DNA from: Takakia lepidozioides
Taxonomy: Eukaryota > Plantae > Bryophyta
Length of the DNA: 64,000 bases
NCBI GenBank assembly: GCA_030704615.1
Contig: CM060732.1
Coordinates: 39,866,001-39,930,000, forward strand
Reading direction: 5' to 3'
Part shown: positions 58,890 through 64,000 of the stretch, piece after piece
Position numbering within the stretch: position 1 is the stretch's first letter
Layout: the number at the start of each line of letters is the position of its first letter
The notes under the pieces: model-generated
Told to the model about the DNA's origin: nothing
What the model saw: the letters and a program-made list of their open reading frames with translations, nothing else
Databases searched by the model: none
Position numbers and translations under genes: made by a program

Positions 58890-61800
58890 GGCCATTGACT
58901 AACTCCCAACTCTAAACCATTGACTACAGAATTTGGGCCCTGCTTCATGAATCCTCTTAACCCAAACTATAGAAGAAGGCCCCTGAAATAACAAAGTGGC
59001 TTCACTGCTCTGTTTCTTTACTAAAACTTACTGTAGATTCTGTACAGGCAGGCCCTAACTCGGTTGTCCCACTTTGCCCTTTACACCCTTCACAAACATT
59101 TATATAATTGTGAAATTGATACTGTACTATTCATTAATTTGATCCAGCTAGTTATCTGTGTCCTTCCTAAGATGAGGACATAACTTTGCTGTTGCAGTCG
59201 GAATCCTCATTGGCTCTTCCGCACACATATAGGGCCTGGTCTCTTTCTTGTTCTCTCTTTCTCCCTTAGCCACACAGGGTCTATGGCCACAAGGCTATTT
59301 CAGACAACTATCTCAGATCATCAGAGAGATATCTAGTATTTAGAGTTGCACTAAAGCTGTGCAGGTAGGAAAGGAATGAAGGTGGGGGGATTAGTCGCTG
59401 ACCAATACATAGCGTTTGGCAGCACCCTCACAGTCATTGTCCATCTCCAAAACCCAGTCCTGTGATATGAATGTATGAAAGATGATTTGAGGGAAGTCGC
59501 AAAGGTGATCTATCTGCGAAACTTCAGTGAATTGCGTGAAGTAATTCATATAACCAGTTTGATGCATATTGTGATAATTCTGCTTTGAGACAGAGTGAGT
59601 GAAATAGTGTCAGTCTGTCTAGATGCAGGAGGGCCTATTCATATCTTTAGTCCCTCTTGTTCACTTAGAGCAGCTATGAAGAAGGTCAGAGTGCGACTGC
59701 TTCACTTTTGAGCAACATTTCCTCTCTTACCCTCCCCATGACTTCCCCGAAGGTCGTTAATTTATGTTTCTAGAGATTTGATAGAAAGTAAGAAGAACCT
59801 CTTAACGTCGTAACCGTTTTTCAGTTTTGAAAGAGAGCGAGGTATACGAGACAGGTGCACGGACATAGAAACACCAAAGTTGGTGTCTATTCGTTTGATC
59901 AATATGATATGCTATGCTCAATCCAATTTCTTGTCAATAGGTTCATATGGATCTGGGGGAGGGGGTAGGCCCAGCCAAGAGGGCAACGTACTCCTGGCAT
60001 TGGACTGGGCCAGTGTCCCTGTGCTGGGCAGCCTGCAGCATTTCACTGCCCTCTTGCTCGGTCACTGTGTTTCAGTGACTCTGTCATCATGATCTTCTTT
60101 AATGTAAGATGATCCATGGTGGGTTTGCCTCCACAAAGGAGATGCAATGCTTTAAGAATCTTCTCTTTAGGGTGGTGCACGAATGCAGTAGGCTCAAAAA
60201 ACATGAACTCCGCCACCCTTTGATCAAAGTTCTCAGAGTCAAAACGATTTCTTGCTGTTCTTGGCATCTCCTTTGATCACTGCGATTTGTGAGTCTGTGG
60301 GATTGAAGCATAATGCCGGCAACGTCGATGCAACATCCTTTTCATGAAGTTCCATATTCTTCTTCTGTCCTTTCTGAATGAAAAGAGGGAAAGGTTCTTG
60401 CAGTATTTTCTGGAAGCACGGGTATATGAACTTTACTTTCCATAACCTTAGTATCCTTTCTTCTTCTGTCTCTTCGAAGGCCAACTCCTCTTCAGCACAT
60501 TCAGCCTCGACCTCTGCAGGGTTCCCTTCCGGAGCAACGGGAGGAGCTGCAGGGGTGTCCGCTGCTGGGGCTATGAACCTCTGCCATCCTCTGGATGAAT
60601 CTTCCACAGATTACAGTCTTTTGGTCAGATTATCTTCGGCCTCTTGGTAGGACCTCTCCTCGTTGTTGATCTGCTCCGCGTTTTCCTTTCCAAGTTGACT
60701 GTCAACAAGCCTGACAGATGCCACAATGAGCTGGTCGCATTTAGGAATAGTAGTATCTAGTAATACCACACAACCATCCGCTACAAATCTGGAGGACTGC
60801 CAATATCCCATCACTTGCAATCCCTCCACTGGGAAGATGCAGTTTCTCCCCACACCGCAAGTCAATTGGAGGGTTTTAACATAGTGTACGCCTGAGAGAT
60901 CACTGGGACTTCTTGAAGATCTTATTAGGGAGAGAGGGAGAGGAAGGAGGAGGGTGAGATGGGATGGGACGCAGTGCGATAGCCAACTTCTCCATAATGT
61001 TTATCAATCTGCACATACCCGTTCTTTCATACTGATACAACAATTGCAACGTTCACATCAACTACAGTACCTTGACAAGTTTTGTAGCTGATTTGGTTAG
61101 CTGATTTGGCCACAAATTCTTCATTGGCGTATCACCTCTCTCAGATTTTCCGTTCTTTTCCCTCTGTAATGCCTCAGACAGTTTGTGTAAATCAGGAAGG
61201 TCAACCTTTCCTACAGCATTGACTGTTTTGTGGGAGTCTTCCTTAAATAGTTGACAGCTATTTCCTTGCTTGTGGTAACTACATGTTTGATACTCTTATG
61301 GTTGTTTATATATCAGCTCTCTGTGCGCTCCTTGGGAAGCTCATCAGATTGTGTAAATGCTGCAGAGGCATGCTTCACAAACTTGCTGTTATTTCATTGC
61401 AAGAGAATGTAAGAAGCAAATAAAAGACTGAAAAACAATTTGCTCATGGGTTTAGTTCAGCATTTTGAGACCCTTGAGGAGTTCAGAAGGTTGAAAGCCA
61501 CCCATCCACATAAAGCAGCGCTGAGCAGGGGTCTTCCACATGCCAGATACAAGGTGGAAAACATCGGCCTTGGCAGCTGACTTTAGGCAGAAAATATCCT
61601 CACAATGTGCCATGCCACCAAGCTAAGCTAAGCTTCAGGACAAAATGCATGCGGCACACCTGCAAAACCTGACCGTCTTCAAATCCTCGAGGCTATGACA
61701 CGAAATCCCCCGAACAAAAGAGTGCACTGCTGGGGTGAACAGAGGCTGTCTGTTGGGTGTTGCACAGGAGAGAGTGCCCAGGGTGGAGCTCCGATTCACG

Positions 61801-63216
61801 TCCATTTGCATTATCCACGTGTGCCGTGTTTGTCTATCTGGATCCTATTCTTGCAAACTACAACGATCAAACAGATCACCCATCAAAGCGAGCAGGCTAC
61901 TCCAAACAGGTCTCGCAAATCCACTTCAATCTTGCACCCAATATTCTACAAACACTCCAATGCTGAACTCAATGGCCCACGGCGCACAAATGCTAAAACC
62001 CTTGTTAAACACTTGAGGAAAGGCAGAGCGGCGACGCCGTAGAGATATCAAACACGTATTGCAGAATGTAACGCTGACCTTGGAATCTACTTAGAATGTC
62101 CTAATACTGTACGATTAGGGTTAAGGGCTATACGTTCTCCTTGAAATGCTACTCGAACACAGAAGTTCAGATTCCAGAATTTCCACAAGTACCAATCCCT
62201 GGATGACGACGAACTTCTGATCCCAGGCCACCGACCCATTTCACGTCAACGTCGTCGCATTCAAAGGTGTTTCAATCTCGATTTCCCAGTACCCACACCC
62301 CAAGAGGCGGCAGATGTTGTGCAGGCGGCTTTAGAATCTTTCGTGACAAAAACTTCTCATCTCAAGGGCACCAGCTGGCCGCCTCATATGCAATACAGAC
62401 ATCGCAGATTCTGGGAGCGATATGATATAAAGGAGCACACAATGCTCGTGAAGGGTGACTGGAGCACACGCAATGCACATGATTTTAAGAATATGCACCG
62501 TGCATGCAGTCTTGTAATCAACTTTTTCACGTCTCTAAGAGGCCACATGGAATTTGAAGTCTGGTTGAACTTGTCGTAGTAGAACTTTAGTATACTGCAT
62601 CTCGTGAACATTACATTCTAGTCATGAGTGACAGAACGGAACTTATCTAGACTAGAATCCTTGTAGCGACGCTGAATGGCGTCTACAAAAGACCTCTGAT
62701 CCTAGATATCGAGTCCTCACTGGAAGGTTTAACGCGGTGAGCACTCGATGAAGTTCCATGTGAGCAAAAGATTGCAGGTGTGAGCAGAATTTGTACACCG
62801 CGGTCGACGGAGCCATAGATTGCATGGATGCAATCCACCCTCCTCGCACAGCCTGCTTGTGGTCGAGGGACTGGGAGCGTCGTTCTGGCCCTTTGCAATT
62901 GGTGGTTCTTAAGAGTTGCACGAGTCCATAGATTTATAAAAATCCCTGAGCGCAAGTCATTCATGAGACATCGAGCAGTAGTTGTCGGCTCAAAGTGCAA
63001 GTGCTCAGCTAGTAACGCCAGAGCGGATTTACAGACTATAACATGCTCGACACAGTTCAGTTACGGTTCTCAATTTATGTATAACTAGACCAGATTACAC
63101 AAAACATTCCTGGGGGACATGCACAGGGAGGGGCAGAAGCAATTAGCAAGGAGCAACTCACTGTTAGTTAGTAAGCAGATAGATGCTCCTGTGCACAACA
63201 ACTCCATTTTTGCACC

Positions 63217-64000
63217 ATGGTGCCACGAACAAGTCTAGCAAGACGAACAAAGATTACGACCGTAATGTCTGGAGTAATTCTCCTCACTTGTATTCACTTG
63301 GCAGAATCGGCAAGGTGGCAATCGGCACTCCAATTCAAACTTCATAGAGATGACAATCGAACGCCTGAAGGAAATTGGCGACACAATGCTAATGCTAGCA
63401 TTTTACAGCAGGCGAATTCAGGAACAAGGTGGCCAATGAGGTTGCCAGCCAATACAGTGATTGTTGTTAGCAAGGACGGAACTGGAAACTACACCGCAGT
63501 CCAGGAGGCCATAGATTCCGTGCCGGATGACAATCCTGCTGAAGTAACCATTCAAGTTAACTCAGGAACCTACGTGTAAGGTCATGCTTGGGGAGAATGT
63601 CCCTACATCATCACACACATACACAATCCCACGGTCTACCATTTCCAGACTTTCCATATATGTGAATGCGCACTACTAGTATACTGTATAGTATCGCGCA
63701 AATGGGATGATTGATGGATACTGCTGGTGCAGCTGTTTGAAAAGCTTAGTCTTGGTTGTCTATAGGACTGTCATGAAGCCGGCCAACATGAGCTATTTTG
63801 ACAATTTCAATTCAGGCGCCCCTAGCAATGAAAGGAGAAGTTCTGGCTGATATAAAGTCCATGCACCCAGAAAGTGAAGTTCTTCGCTTGAATCTGTTGC
63901 AGGGAGAAAGTAACTGTTGCAAGCAACAAGCCCCACATAACAATCCAGGGAGCTGGGAGAATGGTGACAACAATCTCTTGGGGTGATACGAGCAGTTCAG
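63217..64000 (+). CDS. Pectin methylesterase (pectinesterase, no PMEI pro-domain), 5' part running off the window
   Basis: Signal-like N-terminus, then IVVSKDGTGNYTAVQEAIDSVPDDN...IQVNSGTYV (exon 63217-63575) spliced to EKVTVASNKPHITIQGAGRMVTTISW (63903-64000), the typical PME N-terminal motifs. Confidence 0.9.

Overview
Eukaryotic, intron-rich land-plant DNA. A bryophyte, possibly a liverwort, is my inference from the gene and transposon styles and is not proven. Host genes: a HECT E3 ligase UPL6 (1191-16286, -) head-to-head with a plastid-type TPR gene (17072-20224, +); a bacterial-type (PcnB-like) poly(A) polymerase (25788-38699, +); a SUVH-derived SRA gene with no SET domain (~40248-42428, -); and the 5' part of a pectin methylesterase (63217-end, +). 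The rest is a rich mobilome. (1) One non-LTR retrotransposon family has at least 12 copies. Where TSDs are clear (11-17 bp) they begin with TCT, usually at (CT)n ends. Copies stack repeatedly at the same site, and the 3' hairpins lie inside the ORF. (2) A 1.5-kb Pack-MULE-like element (66-bp perfect TIRs, 9-bp TSD) has captured a phenylalanine ammonia-lyase fragment. (3) A full-length but degenerate hAT element is accompanied by two hAT MITEs, all with 8-bp TSDs. (4) There are also SINE-like and LTR-like remnants and pseudogene fragments (COI1/TIR1-like F-box-LRR, F-box/kelch). All calls were made by eye with no database searches, and exon edges are manual estimates.
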